Shown here in pieces: positions 1 to 13,714 of a stretch of DNA of 64,000 nt. The position numbers were made by a program, and so were the translations under genes. The stretch is from Trypethelium eluteriae (lineage: Eukaryota), in contig JAVECL010000021.1 in NCBI GenBank assembly GCA_051942245.1, forward strand, positions 1 through 64,000, in the 5' to 3' direction. Position 1 is the stretch's first letter. Each line of letters begins with the position of its first letter. Below the pieces are notes generated by a model, which was not told the origin of the DNA, made no database searches, and worked only from the letters and a program-made list of their open reading frames with translations.

Positions 1-485
1 GGGGAAGAGGAAGGGGTAGAGGAAATTGGAGATCTGGACCAATGGATAAGGATCGAGCGTCACAGGCAGGAACTGTGTAACGATCACCGACCCTTTCTGG
101 ACTAGGTATCCACGTTTTCTTAGGCCAAAAGCGATAGCGTGTAGTATGTAAGTCTTTCAGCAGCCTTAGCGTCAGATCCCAATAGTTCGTGCACTACGAG
201 GCTTCCCACGGATCAGTCTCTTTAAAGAGCTCTGGGTATGATCGACAGGATGCTGGTTTGATGTATCAATTGCAATGTTTATTAGTAGGTTGAAGGTTGA
301 TTGCTACTTCGTGTAGTGTTTCCTCAGACTTCAATGGACGTCATTTTCTACATGGTCCAAGCTTCTACTCTAGGTCATTGCAACATCTTCTTCCTCCCAC
401 CTGCGACTTAACTCCCAAACACGCTCAAAACTTTACCCACTAAACCCTCCTGCCCCTAAAACAACCCGGCACAAAGCATATCAGC

Positions 486-1385
486 ATGCCCAAAGCTGAG
501 CGCACTCTCAATCCGGCTGCCGCTCAGCGTAAAGCGGACAAAGCTAAAGCCCTCAAGAAATCCCGCGCTCAGCTCCAAACCCAACGAACCGAGAAGCTTG
601 CCCGTCGAAATCCTGATCGACTTCAACGCCAGATTGATGAGCTACAAGACGTTGAGAAAAGCGGGGGGAACCTGAGACCGAAGGATCGTCAGACCTTGGA
701 GCAGTTGGAACGGGATGTGAAGGCGGTACGGAAGGCTAGGGAGGTACTCGGTGAGAAAGCGCCTGCGTTCCAGCGGAGGCGTGAGGGCGATAGCGAAAGA
801 AATGGGCGGCAAGGCGGAAGGGAAGGCGGAGTGCTGGGAAAAAGGAGACGGGATGGAAGGCCTGGTGGAGGGCAAGACGATGCGAGTGAAGATGTGGAGA
901 TGGACGAAGATGTAAGAAGGATACCGATGCCGAGGGATACCCCTCCACCTATTCCACGACCGAGGAGGGAGCGCAATAGAGGAGAGAATGCGAATGAGAC
1001 GCCGCTCGGGAAGCAGAGAGGACCACACCCCATACCCGAGAAACCGCAGGTGGCAGCGCAGACAACGTACAGCGCGGCGCCACAGATTCGTGACTTACAA
1101 AAGGAGGCGATCAATAAATTCATGCCAGCGGCGGTGCGGCGCAAAGTCACGCAGAAGAAGGGAGATGGAGGGAGATTATTGGAGCCGGAGGAGGTGGATC
1201 GGTTGGAGAAGGAGGGCTACGGGGATGCGGAGAACGTAGCACAGGCGGCGATTGAGGAGGCGGAGCATAAGATGATGGACGCAGTGGCCAAAGAGGGAGG
1301 CATGGATTTCTCAAAGGAGGAAGCAGAGTTTGAGAGGCAGTTGCGGAATGTGGAAATGGAAGAAGTGGAGGATGAAGATTTATGA
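486..1385 (+). CDS. WW domain-binding protein 11 (Wbp11)-like splicing-associated protein
   Basis: Single 299-aa ORF. N-terminus ERTLNPAAAQRKADKAKALKK...RNPDRLQRQI matches the Wbp11 N-terminal domain as I recall it; later IPMPRDTPPP and YSAAPQIRDLQKEA..FMP motifs. Confidence 0.8.
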   Translation: MPKAERTLNPAAAQRKADKAKALKKSRAQLQTQRTEKLARRNPDRLQRQIDELQDVEKSGGNLRPKDRQTLEQLERDVKAVRKAREVLGEKAPAFQRRREGDSERNGRQGGREGGVLGKRRRDGRPGGGQDDASEDVEMDEDVRRIPMPRDTPPPIPRPRRERNRGENANETPLGKQRGPHPIPEKPQVAAQTTYSAAPQIRDLQKEAINKFMPAAVRRKVTQKKGDGGRLLEPEEVDRLEKEGYGDAENVAQAAIEEAEHKMMDAVAKEGGMDFSKEEAEFERQLRNVEMEEVEDEDL

Positions 1386-2606
1386 AGAAAATCATTCGAT
1401 TCGAACGCGTCTTGAGATCCAAGTTCTCTAACTCATACAGACAAACACAGTAGAAAGTAGATCAATAACCAAAGGCTCATTGAAGCTCCGCGCTTGCCAT
1501 GCTTCGTTCGTTTTATATGTTGTACCTCAGGTCGAATTTCAAATTACGAGCGCAAATTCTCCATGAATGAATCGACTGGTTGTATAGTCACGCCGTTATT
1601 TGGAAACAAGCTTCATTTAGAAGGGCCGTACACCTTATAGAATGTCCGAAAAGCTGTCAATGCTTGTAGCCAAAGCTGACTAGGATAATCCAGATCTACT
1701 CTGTGAGGAAGTGGATGAAATATGAAAGGTTCGAACTTTTGGAGTTACAGACAGTCTGCTGTTTGCATATCCTCGCTGTAAATCGTTAGGAGACAAGAAT
1801 TCTGAAGATTCAGACGAAATCGGTAGCCGGGCGCGACTAGTATCTAGTCACCAGAGATTAGCATCAGCGTAGGATTTTCAAAGTTGTTCTCGATAACGCG
1901 AAAAATTGAGCCTCAGTGATCTTGGTGTAAAGATAGATCATCTTCCAGAGGAATCTCCTACTATCTAGTGTCGTGTTTTAATCATGGGCAAAGCGCAGAC
2001 TATCGGTTAGGAAATATGTCACTCACCGCGTGGAACTCTTGTTAGCTTTAGGAGAGATTCGAGACTAGAAGACTTCAAACGGTCAGATAAAGTTATATTA
2101 CAGACGAGAGTAAGCAGGGTTGAGTGAATGCTGTCGAATCAGAATATGTAAGAATGGAATATCATTTTCTTCAGCCCCGTTATTGACGCCCAGGCGTGAG
2201 CATCCGGGAACTGAAGTCAAGCGCAAATTATAACATCATAGTAACAAAGCGTTTGGAGCGAAGATGCGGCGTTGACTTACATTACTTTGTCACATCATGG
2301 CAGAGCTGCCGCACAAATGCCTTCGAAGTAGACGGTCAAGTGAAGAGTGCATGGAATTTCTTGGAGAGTTTGCAGCAGACGCTAGCCGCGGCTGGCCTAG
2401 CTGATCAAACTTAGCGCGCACATTTGCAAGCGACCGGCATTTAGATTCGCCGAAGACCTTCCAGCACTACCAATTTCGCGACTGGCAGAACTCTTGACGA
2501 CGTCGTCGAGGTATATTGTTGTGCTCATACCCTACAGTATGTTCCCGGCTAAGCAATATAAATGTGTCCGCTCTGTTGCTTACACTAGTCTACAGCAAAA
2601 CGCACA

Positions 2607-3109
2607 ATGGGTGACGCGGAAATCACAACCAGCCAATGGCGCCTCGTTGAGGTTGGCCGAATTGTGCTCTTCAGTTACGGGCCGTACTCAGGCAGGCTTG
2701 CTGCTATTGTCGAAATCATCGATCACAAGCGCGTACGTCCGAATGTCCAAGGGAGTAATCCAAGACTGGTGAATTAAGCTAATTATGTTCACAGGTTCTC
2801 GTCGATGGTCCCTCCGATAGTCCCGACCAGGCGGTCCCTAGACACTCAGCTCCTCTCGCAAATGTCTCCCTAACGCCTTTGATCATACCGAAAACTCCAC
2901 GAGCAATCGGAAATGGGCCCCTAAGGACCGCATGGCAGAAAGAGGAAGTCGAGAAAAAGTGGGCGGAAAGTAACTGGGCCCAAAGTCGAGAGAGGAGCAA
3001 GAAGAGGAGAGCTCTGACGGATTTTGAAAGATTCAAGGTTATGAGGATGAGGAAACAAGCGCGCTTTGAGGAGAAGAAGGCGCTTGCGAAGGTCAAGGCT
3101 TCGGCGTAA
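2607..3109 (+). CDS. RPL14: 60S ribosomal protein L14 (eL14); exons 2607-2732 and 2795-3109; probable 5'-UTR intron 2511-2595
   Basis: Spliced product [22 protein letters not shown]...[15 protein letters not shown]...[19 protein letters not shown]. The GTACGT...CAG intron has a GCTAAT branch site. Confidence 0.96.
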
Positions 3110-3710
3110 TCTGGTTTTAGCATTGCGAAAGGGTATTGGGGAATTCACAACGAGGGCAGGAGCAGTCGGCTTTTCATGTATACCGTCTACCAGCTACTCC
3201 TTTTACAATCCATCTTCATGAGATTCTACGACGAACATTTCCTACATGACTCTGGCATCTGTCAGTGAAGTTGATGATTGTGGCATTGTAAACGACATGC
3301 ATTATCAAAGCTATATATGGCGTAGATACCAACAGTTATTTTGTGCTATAATAGCAATATCCAAGAGAATTCAAAATTCACAGTATTGATCGTCGTGCTT
3401 GCTTGTGTTGAATAATTTGCGAATTCGATGTGATAGCCACTTAGTCATCCATGTGCGCTCGCTACTACTTTCAACCTCGAGTGTTCCGGCCGCACAAAAC
3501 TGCCATCACTTTGGAGCTTGTGTCTGGCAACGCCTGAACACCCCAACACACTGACAACCTTTCTCCAGGTAAGTCACTAAGTCCTTGAGCTCAGAATGCG
3601 TCTCAGGCACATTCCGCAGCAGCATCACTTCGCAACTCCACCTTTTTAGCGGCAGTAAATCTTGCAAGATGCTTAACTTTTTCTTTTTCAGGGAGCCAGA
3701 ACCCCGTGCA

Positions 3711-4483
3711 ATGTCGAATCCACGCATCGAGGAGCTCCCTGATGAGCCGGAGAAAAAGAATGCTGAGGTTGAGGAAGCAGAGGACAGCTCGGATGATGAC
3801 GAGAACGAAGAGGCTGGCGATGCTTCCATTCCCGAAGGCTCAACCGTTACGGTCCACTCTCGTAATGAAAAGAAGGCTCGCAAGCTCATAACCAAGCTTG
3901 GATTGAAGCACATCGAGGGAATTACTAGAGTCACTCTAAGGAGGCCAAAGAATGTACGGTTCACTTATTGAATCCGGCTTACAGCTTAGGCTTCTTACTT
4001 TCAGGGCGACACTCTCGACTTCGCAGTCGGTGCTGACGATGCATTAATAGGTCCTCTTTGTCATCAACAAGCCTGATGTATACAAGTCCCCATCCAGCAA
4101 CACCTATATGTGAGTGATATGCTCGTCAACTAATCCGCCAATGAATTCTGCTAACGCCCAAGGATAGCATCTTCGGTGAAGCCAAGATCGAAGATCTTAA
4201 CTCTCAAGCTCAGGCTTCTGCGGCTCAGCAAATTGCGAACGCTGCTAGCAGCGAGGATGCGCACGCCGGCCATGACCACGGCGACAAGGGCAAGGCCATC
4301 GAATCCGCAGACAAGAAGGAAGAAGAAGAAGATGATGGCGAAGAGGTCGACGAGTCAGGTCTAGAAGACAAGGATATTGAATTGGTCATGACTCAGGCAA
4401 GTGTGTCGCGCAAAAAAGCTGTCAAGGCTTTGAGAGAGAATGACAATGATATTGTGAACTCAATCATGGCGTTGAGTATATAG
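3711..4483 (+). CDS. EGD2: Nascent polypeptide-associated complex alpha subunit (3 coding exons; 5'-UTR intron 3569-3691)
   Basis: [11 protein letters not shown]...[10 protein letters not shown]...[33 protein letters not shown]...[10 protein letters not shown]...[36 protein letters not shown] (NAC plus UBA domains). Confidence 0.96.
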
Positions 4484-4857
4484 CGCCGCACTCTCGGTGA
4501 TGAGGACTAGCACGGGCTAAGTGCGACACTGTAGAGAAGTTTCTCGGGCTATCAATGCTCCTGTTACTCGTCTCACTGCATAGCCACTGCTTCATACTCA
4601 GGTATTTATTCTATACTGGCAGCAAAACATCCCGCTTGCATATCTGTTGTGTGGACGGATGGCGTGGAAGATACAATAATCAAAACTATATTCCCTGTCT
4701 AAACCCGAAACCGAAGTGATGCCCGAGCTGCCTGAATTCCTTGTAATGTGCCCGGATCTGTAGATGAATTAAGAAATAGATCAGTCTGAACAATTTAGTG
4801 CAGTGTTGAACAGCTTGTGATGATCCTGTTTTGGAAGGGCACCTCAGTTATGCAGAG

Positions 4858-4863
4858 CACGTG
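4858..4863. promoter_or_regulatory. E-box CACGTG (Cbf1/bHLH-type) upstream of ATP7
   Basis: GAGCACGTGATG about 110 bp before the ATP7 ATG. The same 12-mer occurs in the SUB2/RPR2 promoter. Confidence 0.35.
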
Positions 4864-4975
4864 ATGCGACTCCGAGCTTCGTCCAACATCTCAGCAACCA
4901 GGACCTGACGAAGGCTCAACCTCAATCTTAACCAGTCTCCCCATTCTCCTCCCAATTGCGTCCACGACTGTCACA

Positions 4976-5698
4976 ATGGCCGCCGGAGTAAGTGTTATGG
5001 TCCTGTCATACCCTTGCAGCGCCATTAAATCATCAAATAACCCTACTAATTACCGTCTCTTTCCCATCACAGCGCAGCGCCGCTCTCAAAATCGACTGGA
5101 CCAAGATTGGCACTCAACTCAGACTCCGCGGACAAACTGCCACGTCGCTTGCCACTTTCAAGAAGCGTAATGACGATGCACGCCGTCGGGTGCAGCAGCT
5201 GCAGGAGCAGCCGCAAACCGTCGACTTCGCTCACTACCGCAGCATTCTCAAGAATCAGGATGTCATTAATGAAGTGGAACGGGAGATGAAGAGCTTCAAG
5301 GTGAAAGGGTACGATGTGGAGAGACAGATCAAGGCGATTGAGGCATTCGAGGTGCAGGCGGTGAAGAGCGCCGAGGAGACGAAAGGAATGGTGGAGATGG
5401 AATTGAGGGATTTGGAGAAGACATTGAAGAACATTGAGGAAGCAAGACCGTTCGAAGATCTGACTGTGGTATGTATCAGTACACTGTGGCTGGACGAGGT
5501 TCTGCTAATGAAATTGGACAGGATGAGGTTGCTGCTGCAAGGCCTGATATTGATGAAAAGACAGCCAAGCTGGTGTCGAAGGGGCGCTGGGATGTCCCAG
5601 GCTACAAGGTTAGTAGATATTACCTGTACATCTCGCCTTTGGGGAAGCAGCTAACATTCTTATCCTAGGAAAAATTTGGCGATCTTTCCATTATCTAA
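4976..5698 (+). CDS. ATP7: Mitochondrial ATP synthase subunit d (4 exons; first exon 12 nt)
   Basis: [13 protein letters not shown]...[10 protein letters not shown]...[14 protein letters not shown]...[26 protein letters not shown]...[18 protein letters not shown]. Confidence 0.95.
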
Positions 5699-8500
5699 AC
5701 TACTGGCTAGAGGTACATTGTACACTTGTAGATAACACAGCATTGCGAAGATTCTGTTTTTTTTTTCTGATTCACAATACCTAACAGAACCCGGTGCAAC
5801 TCTCCTTGCTAGTTGGCTCTCATGCTCGTCGAATTCAGACGTTCGATGTGAAGAGGCTGCAAGGCGCGTTAAGCAATATTTTCCAAAATTGTACTCACAT
5901 CATCAAGCCATTTCGCTCACAGCTGGCATCTGCCTTTGAAGACACTAACATACTTCCAGTTTCTGGTCTCCATGACAAGGTTAAAAAGTCATAAGATTCG
6001 AAAGTTAAGATTTTTCGCCATTGCATCAACATGCACCCGCTTGCAAGATTGGCGCCAGGGTTCTCAGGACATCGGATCAAAATGCCTGTACGCTTCACGT
6101 TTTCAAAAGGGGGGGAACGGAGCTAGTGTTCTCTGTCATACTGGAACGGTTTATCGATGCTAGAGGCAACTGTCACGATGCGAGCCACCTTTTGGCGTTG
6201 TGCGCCATTCAGGTACATGACCCGAAGCGCTAGAAGGAGACGAATCGGAGATTTTGGATGTTGTAGAACATGGTACGCGACTCGGGAAGCCGTGTAACAA
6301 GCGTTTAGCACTGCCTGTATGGCAAAGCTATAAAGTCAATCATCACCTTATGGCATGCGTCTTCCGGACTCGGCCAGTGACATTAAGAATCTCATCGGTC
6401 AGATAGCCACCAGAACCAATGCGGTCTGTTCCATATGATGCTTCAGATAAACAAAACTGGCTTGTGGACACAAAATTTGCGGCAAGGGCAAGAAAGATGG
6501 GAGCCTCGGCTAAGCTCGGTGTGCCAATCTGACCTAAGGTGTGGTTGATGTTTTTGCGTTGAACGCGTTACGTTGCGCAGCAGCTGAACGCACGAGTAAA
6601 AGCATGCCATAATATGACATCTGAAACCCTTCACACAACGTCTCGACTGGTCTGGTGCAAAGTGGCACGTGTGGGGTTGTACATTATTTGGCCACGGCAG
6701 TCTGCTTGAGAGGCTCAATGCAAACACATTTCTCATCTTGCAGGAATGAGCAGTGGCTAGACCCCAGACAACCTGCATCCAAGAGAAATATTGGTTCCAG
6801 ATTTTCATGTGCTGCTCTTGCCGTAGCTCAGGGCTGAGCAGACTAGGACACCACTTCTTTATCCCTCACTGCTAATGATAGAGCGCAGCGATAGGAAAGT
6901 ATGCCGCTTCCATCGTCCGGCGTATGGCATGGCTTGCCGCCCGCGCACGTAACCTATCTACGTTAGCGAGATTAGCCAGGGACCCTGCACAAATTGCTTC
7001 TGGAACCTCATGCATTGGGCCTCAGACATATTCATCGACGTTCGGTGAGGAATGCAGTGATGGCAGTAATGAGATCGCAGATAGTGGCGGGCACGCTTCA
7101 TTCCGCGTGTCAGCACATGCTTTCACATCAAGGTTTACCCAACCCAGCGGACGGTGGTAACCCCGTAGATCCAGCACCACGAGCCTGACCTGCTTCTCCA
7201 AGGCGAAACCAGATCGTTGCCCGAGACACAAAGATACGCGCGGTTTCCTCGGATTTTTCATGGCAGGCACATAGCATACCCTCCATCTTGCAAGAACAGA
7301 GTCCAGGTATCCCCTTGCTTGCCCATTGATTTAGATGCTTACTCGTGCATCGCACGCGGTTCACAGTAGCCAATCCCATCTCACTTGTTAAAAGAGCCAT
7401 GCTGGCTAGAATCTACGCCGCAATTGCAAGAAGAAGGTTTAACCAGAGCCAACCCCACCAGGCGGCACGCTCCCCACTCTTTCTATCCGAGGCGCGGTTG
7501 AATACGATTGCAGATGGGGACGCCGAGGGCGCGCAGGATCATATCAATCATCATATCTGGGCACCAAATAAAGTTGACTATCAGTTGCATCAAATGCAGG
7601 TCTATCCGTTTGAGACGGCTTGACCTGGTTGGTGTGACCTGGCTGGCCCTTGGTACGGTTGCTGATCTGAGCATCATCCGCCGGTCTAGTGGCCTAAATG
7701 CTACGCGTCACCCCTGTACTGCATATCAAGACACGGGCGACTACGTACAGAGTACATACTCCGTAGTCAAACTCCATTTAGTGAGCCATCGATCAAACGA
7801 TGCTCCGAAGCGATTGAGTCGAGGAGCGAATTTGTTGGATGCATCGAGCCTCAAGGCCCAAATTGCAGTTCCTCCACAGTGCTGCGCACTATGCTTGTCA
7901 ACATGATTCGCTCGCCGCTGGTGCAAGCTTCAAATTGCAAGTGGCTCGATATTTCTGTCCAAAAAGGAATTCAGCATCTCCATCGGTATGGTTCTGGCCG
8001 TCGAACGGCGTCCAAATCTACCACATTTGACAGGGGTGCCGCCAATCGCCGACCCAAGGGAGCCGTTTGCGCGTCCTGGGAGATATTCTGCTCTGAGCCT
8101 AGAGTTTCCTGTGATGACTTAGAGATCTTGTCACATTCCGAAACACTCTAGTGCCATGGCTGACATACATGAGCGCTGTGAGCAACGCCGTTTATGCATG
8201 AGGTGCTTCAGTTGGTGGTGACCGAAATCTTGGTACTATAAAGTGCTCCACCGATCACTGACAACGCCTCACCCGGATATTTTTTCCTTAACGAATCAAA
8301 ATCTGAATCAGCCGGGCTTTTTCCGTTTGGCTCATCCGTTGATCAAAAGAAATTCCTGATTGATTTTGCCGTCAACAAAGCGCTCTCTCTTTCAAACACG
8401 CCCGCCATTCACTTAAATATTTTATCCTGGCTCTCTTTGGAATCTAGATACCCACATTGAAGTCTCATTCTCAAATCTTCTGAGCTATCCATTATATGTG

Positions 8501-10007
8501 ATGGCTTCTGCCGATGTTGAAGCGCCGCCAGCAAGCCCTGCACCAAGTCTACCGGACTATGTTCTCAACCCAAATGCCGTACTCCAGGACAGTGAAGCTG
8601 CATGGCGTTATGGGCGAGCTCCAGACTACTCAAAGACCAGGCAATTCTACTTAGAGAGTCAGTATTCTGTTCCTCTTCTGCATCATTGCATTATTACAGC
8701 AGCATAGCTGTTGTGTTTACCCACCCAACGCAGCCCCTTGCTTGTTGACGTACTTACGGAGACTTCCCACGTGGATTCCTCGTGTTGGAACCATGTCATG
8801 CACAAGCTTATCCAGTAAAATCTGTGCAAGAACCTTGTAATCCCCCATGACTCTCCAAGGGGTGAAGTCCACGGTGATACAAGATGTATCAATCCCTGCT
8901 CGCATGTACAATGACAAGGATTGTGTACCACGCCACTGACCTTTCTTCAAGACCGCCCTCGGCCACAGAAGTATTTGAAACAATTCAAGCGACTTAGCTA
9001 ATTCTCTTCGCAGCAAAGAAACACAGCCACGCAGCCGGAAGTCTTCCCGACCTTGTAGAGAATCTGGTGAAGAACTGGGAAATAGAGGCTTCATTCAAGA
9101 CTCATCTGCAGGATTGGCGGACTGTAGACAAGAGCCAATACACTTTCGCCATTAATGGGGGACCACCCCAGTCTGCCGAGCATATGCTTCAGGTTGGCAC
9201 TTACAACGCTATCATCGCTCCGAACGAATTCTACAGCCCAAAGAACTCGGACTTCTCATCAAGTCACAAGACTTTCAAGCGAATGATGCCCACATTTGCA
9301 TGGGAGGTCATTGAGGTGTATAGCGGGCCCCCTGTGGTGTCTTTCAAATGGCGCCACTGGGGAGTGATGAAGAATGACTATGTCGGCTTCAACGAGTGAG
9401 TCCCGTGTGTCGTACAAAGTGCTTGACGGTAACACTGACTTAATCTACGTATAGCAAGGGAGAAAAGATTACAGCCAAGGCCCACGGTGGGCAAATCGAC
9501 ATTGAGGGAGTTACAGTTGCCGAAGTTAATGACAAGTTGCAAGTGGTGAAGTTGGAAACATGGTTCGACCCTCTTGAGATGTTCCGCCAAATCACACCAA
9601 ACGGCGTCATCAACAAGGAGATCGTCATGAAGAGGGTCGAGCCTAATGGAACAGCCTCTCTCGGACAAGAGGATCTATCAAGCCAGACAGAAGAAGAAAA
9701 GGCAGCGCTTGGTGCAATTGCCTCTTCGGCGGTGAACGGGGAAGAGGCCATACGGACGAACCCCTCCACACTCTCAGATCCAACCATCGGGATGACGCCT
9801 AGTGCAGGGCCTGATGCCATCGACCATCACTTAGCAAAGGAGTCTGATGAGGTCCACCCGCACCTCAAAGAGATCGAGACGGCCGTCCATCCGGGTCCTG
9901 GTGAGGCTGTTGCCGCTTCGCCAGACAGCGAAGAAACGAAGGCGACACATGAGGAGATGAGCAAAGTCACGCCGACAGAATGTCCGTTTCTCTTGAACCG
10001 CGAATAG
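8501..10007 (+). CDS. Pathogen-related protein homolog (SnoaL/NTF2-like fold); introns 8658-9013 and 9396-9454
   Basis: WRYGRAPDYSKT, GSLPDLVENLVKNWEIEASFK, FAWEVIEVYSGPPVVSFKWRHWG and ETWFDP motifs typical of the plant/fungal pathogen-related protein family. Both splices restore frame. Confidence 0.82.
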
Positions 10008-12911
10008 CCGGTGGTTGTTTTGCATGCCATTGCCTTCAACCGCTCCTTCTCGTGTGGACACTCTGACGTGATGGTTGTAAGCTTGCAGGCAGCAGAGGAG
10101 CTCTTGGTCGAAATTCTTGATACGACTCGTGACGGCTGAAGACATCATGATAGACATCCCCACGGCCCAGCTGACACTGTGCGCCAGCATTTTGGTCCAG
10201 ATCCTATGTTCTTTGGTGTTCAGCAGTGGCGATATCCGCGTCGCTCATGACTTGTACACTTTGCCCATTCTGTGATGCGTCTGATGACCTTCGATGTGTG
10301 ATGCTACTCATGTATCCGAATACAATCCCAAAATGTTCTGAGGATTCGATCCAAATCAACCCCTATGCTAAGTATTTCTGCTCATTTTCAGCTTGTGTGA
10401 CTCATGTTCACGGTCACCTGGCTAAATGCTGGAAGCTATACACGTGGTGGATCCATCGTCCACGGCTCAGCATACGGCCATCCCGAGATTCATTCTCCCC
10501 AGTCAACGTAGCCTACGACTAAGATGCGCAAAAGTATTGATGTCACGGATCTGGCTTTTCTGCTTAACAGTCTTAGGCGCCTGCAGCCACCATAAATGCA
10601 CAGGCCTGGATTGCCACTGCGCAGGTCAATCAAGCTGAACGAACTTCATGCGCCACAGCATGCGCCACAATATTTCGTAGACAGCTTGACAGTAGGCACA
10701 CTAGTTCCAAAACTTCGAGGCTAGTGTAACACTGATTGGGCCACTTTTCTCGGACATGAAGTCGTTGGCCAAGGACGAAGGCAGGCATCCGTAAAATGGT
10801 GGCTAAGAGGTGCTCGCCTCAGCTTCCATGGTCATCACTAGTGGATACGGAGTACGGCGTACGGAGTACCACGAGGACCCACGAGTGCAACAGAGTACCA
10901 GACGATGGTAGGACCGGTGGGAGTAGATACGGAGCACCTGGTAGGCACATATCACAACCGCGGAGAAGACCGGAAATTCAAAGCCGCCGAGCGAAGTCAG
11001 AACCGGCCACGACCGGTTGCCCACTCTCTTGCACTTCTCTCGAATGGTTTATGACTAACAGAAGATTCAATTGCCATCTACGGAAAACGTTGCCACTTTG
11101 CAAGTTTTTGGGGACCGGCAATTACGCCGACAAGAATACTCCGTACTCTGCAGGTTGTTGAATGCGAAAAGAACAGCAAGAAATGCCCCGTTCACGTGCA
11201 GTAGGGTATCCACCTGCAGCCGTTCGTTCTGCACCGAGACATGGCTAGACACAGGAGAAAGTGGGCAAGCTCTCTCTACTGCAAATCATCGAGCAAAGTC
11301 GCCGACGAGAGCCGCCCACGTAATTTCCAAGTTCTCGAATGTCACGACATGATTAGCATGACGAGATTGACCGTCAGAGAGGAGGAAATGGGAGTGGGAA
11401 GGATGCTGTCCAACAGCGAGGGCGAAGAGAAGAGTCATGTCGGTCATCAGCGTCACGCCGTCAGCGGCAAATTAGGCTGCAACCGGCGATCCGTGCGCCA
11501 CCATGCCCATCTCAAACCACAATCCCCCTTAAACATGGCGAACTAAGTAATTATCCTACTTTTTCTCTTTCAGATGGCTTGACTGCTTGGGGTCTGGCGT
11601 GAAAACGCAGCTGGGGCCCCCAGTCACGACGGGTCATCACGACGATGGTGATTCGCTGGACGGGAGGCTCCCGCATGGGATCGTTGTCCTCATCGATCGC
11701 ATCGAAGCTCGCTCCTTGGTCCCCAACTCGCCAGCATCAGCTCACCGCAGCTGGAGAAATTGGGCGAGTTGGATGGGGTGCGGCTCTAAGCAGGAGCTGC
11801 TCGGGGTTTGATTTCTGACAGATGCTATTTTCGCTATTTTCCAGACACTGAAAAGAAATTTCACGCGGTCGCAGGAGGCGACGAGGTTGGGGTGAAACTA
11901 AATTGGCAAAGGGAGAGTTTCCTAGCATAGCTCCCGATGCGTGGATCCATGCAGCAAGCAGGCCACGCTGGCGGCCTTGAGGAAGTGCCCACAACGGGAC
12001 GGAAGCACAGCACTCTCAGATAATACTTAAGTAGCCGCAGAGGATAGCCCAGCTCAGAAATCCGGCCGGGTCGTACGCAACTCGTAGTAAGGTGGGAGCC
12101 GCCGTGTCGCAGGCGGAGTCGGAAAGGGTTGGGGTTGCCACTGGTTCGATGGGTTGATGAAAATCTGGCGGCGGGCGTTTCCTCGGGAATTGGGGAAGGG
12201 CAGGCGCGGAAAGGTCATACGGAGCAGAAGTGTAGAATAATGGGCATGTCCGAAGAAGGGGGAGGGCTGATCCAGACAGGCAGAGGCTCTCTCAACGATC
12301 GCAGTGTGGGTGATGATGGGCTGGAATCGCTGGAATCTAGGCAACGCGCACGTCTTTTCCCGACTTACCCTTGGTCGGCCTTGCTCGACCCTTGGTGGTG
12401 GTGGTGGCCAAGGTGTGACTCTGCATCGGCGCACGGGCCAGCACAGCGAGAGCAGTAGAAAGGACTTCGCCCCTCTGGCTGTGCCCGCCTTGACGCTGCT
12501 CCCCATGAGCGCGAGCACCCACGGCAACGATGCTTAACTACACCTCCACCACCATCTCTCACTCTTCTGTCCGCCGCCCCAAGCAGTCTCGCACTGCTGT
12601 CTGAATCCTTTGCGTTTGCCTGTGCATCCGCATCCGCGACCGCAACCGCATCCGGGCCTCACTTGCCTCGACTCGTCTCATCAAACACGTTTGCTGCCTC
12701 CTCTTTGTCACACTGGGCACTTGACCAACCGATCGAGTCATACCCTCGCCACTCTTCCCTGTGAATACTCACCTCGTCTGCTGCTTATTATTAATATTTT
12801 CCCTTTGTTATTGATACCCCCTTCCGCGCGCTCTCTCTCGTGCCTTGCAGCGAGTCACCAACTCTGACCCGCCAAATCTCCACTCCTCCGACCACCCCTT
12901 CAAAATAATTT

Positions 12912-12928
12912 CCGCCGCCGCCGCCGCC
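12912..12928. repeat. (CCG)5+ microsatellite in the cyclin 5' region
   Basis: ccgccgccgccgccgcc. Confidence 0.8.
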
Positions 12929-13714
12929 ATATACTACGACGACAAAGAAATCATCTCTTGATCTTTAAACCAACAAAACCCTTACTCCGACTACGAACCC
13001 GATAGCCTGCTTCTCTGATCAGGAAATATCGTCTCTTGTGGCTGTGGCGAACCTGCACAGGTAACCGCTATCCCCCACAGCAGTCACCTTTTCATCTCCA
13101 AAAAAATTCACCATGGTCATCTACATAAACGAATGCTCTCCGGTCCACCGTCTGCCTGCTGTCGCCACTATATCTGAGTCAAACATGTCTTTCACCGAGG
13201 GCTCGTCCCTCTGCTAAGCCTCGCGTACTTTGACGAACTCGGTTTATTTATCGCGACTCCCCCTCGCCGTGAATAAGCTCTGCTTTTTCGAAGGACAAGT
13301 GCGCAGAAGGCTTGAAACAACAAGGCACACGTTTTTGCAGTACTGTGCAGCACGGTGACCGGAGAGGAAGGCTTTGGCAAGGAATCGTTGTTACGAACTG
13401 CTTCTGGATCTTCGGCATCGATACCTTCAACTCACTAAAGCTTGACCAATCCCCCTCCACTGACGGAGCAACACGTTGGAAGTTCGATTGCTCGTGTTAC
13501 TGACGAGCAAAGAATTGGCGTTTGTCTCCTTTTGCACCTCTACGGATCTGTCTACCGGTCAATATCTACGGGCGTTCCATATACCTTGGAGCACTACAGC
13601 TTTCTTTGCGGACTTCCTTTCGGACAATCTGCACGTCTGATTGTTCCCAGCACTCTTTATAATTCTCCTAATCCTCTCCATTTAGTCATTTACTCCTGCA
13701 GTCTTCACATCAAT

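Noticed and set aside
5700..8400. Hidden gene or transposon in the ATP7 to pathogen-related-protein interval
   Set aside because: No long ORF, terminal repeats or AT-rich RIP-like tract was seen.
13442..13714. TTG-initiated 91-codon N-terminal extension of the cyclin in the ORF track
   Set aside because: It overlaps a clear branch point, pyrimidine tract and CAG at 13701, so it is more likely intronic.
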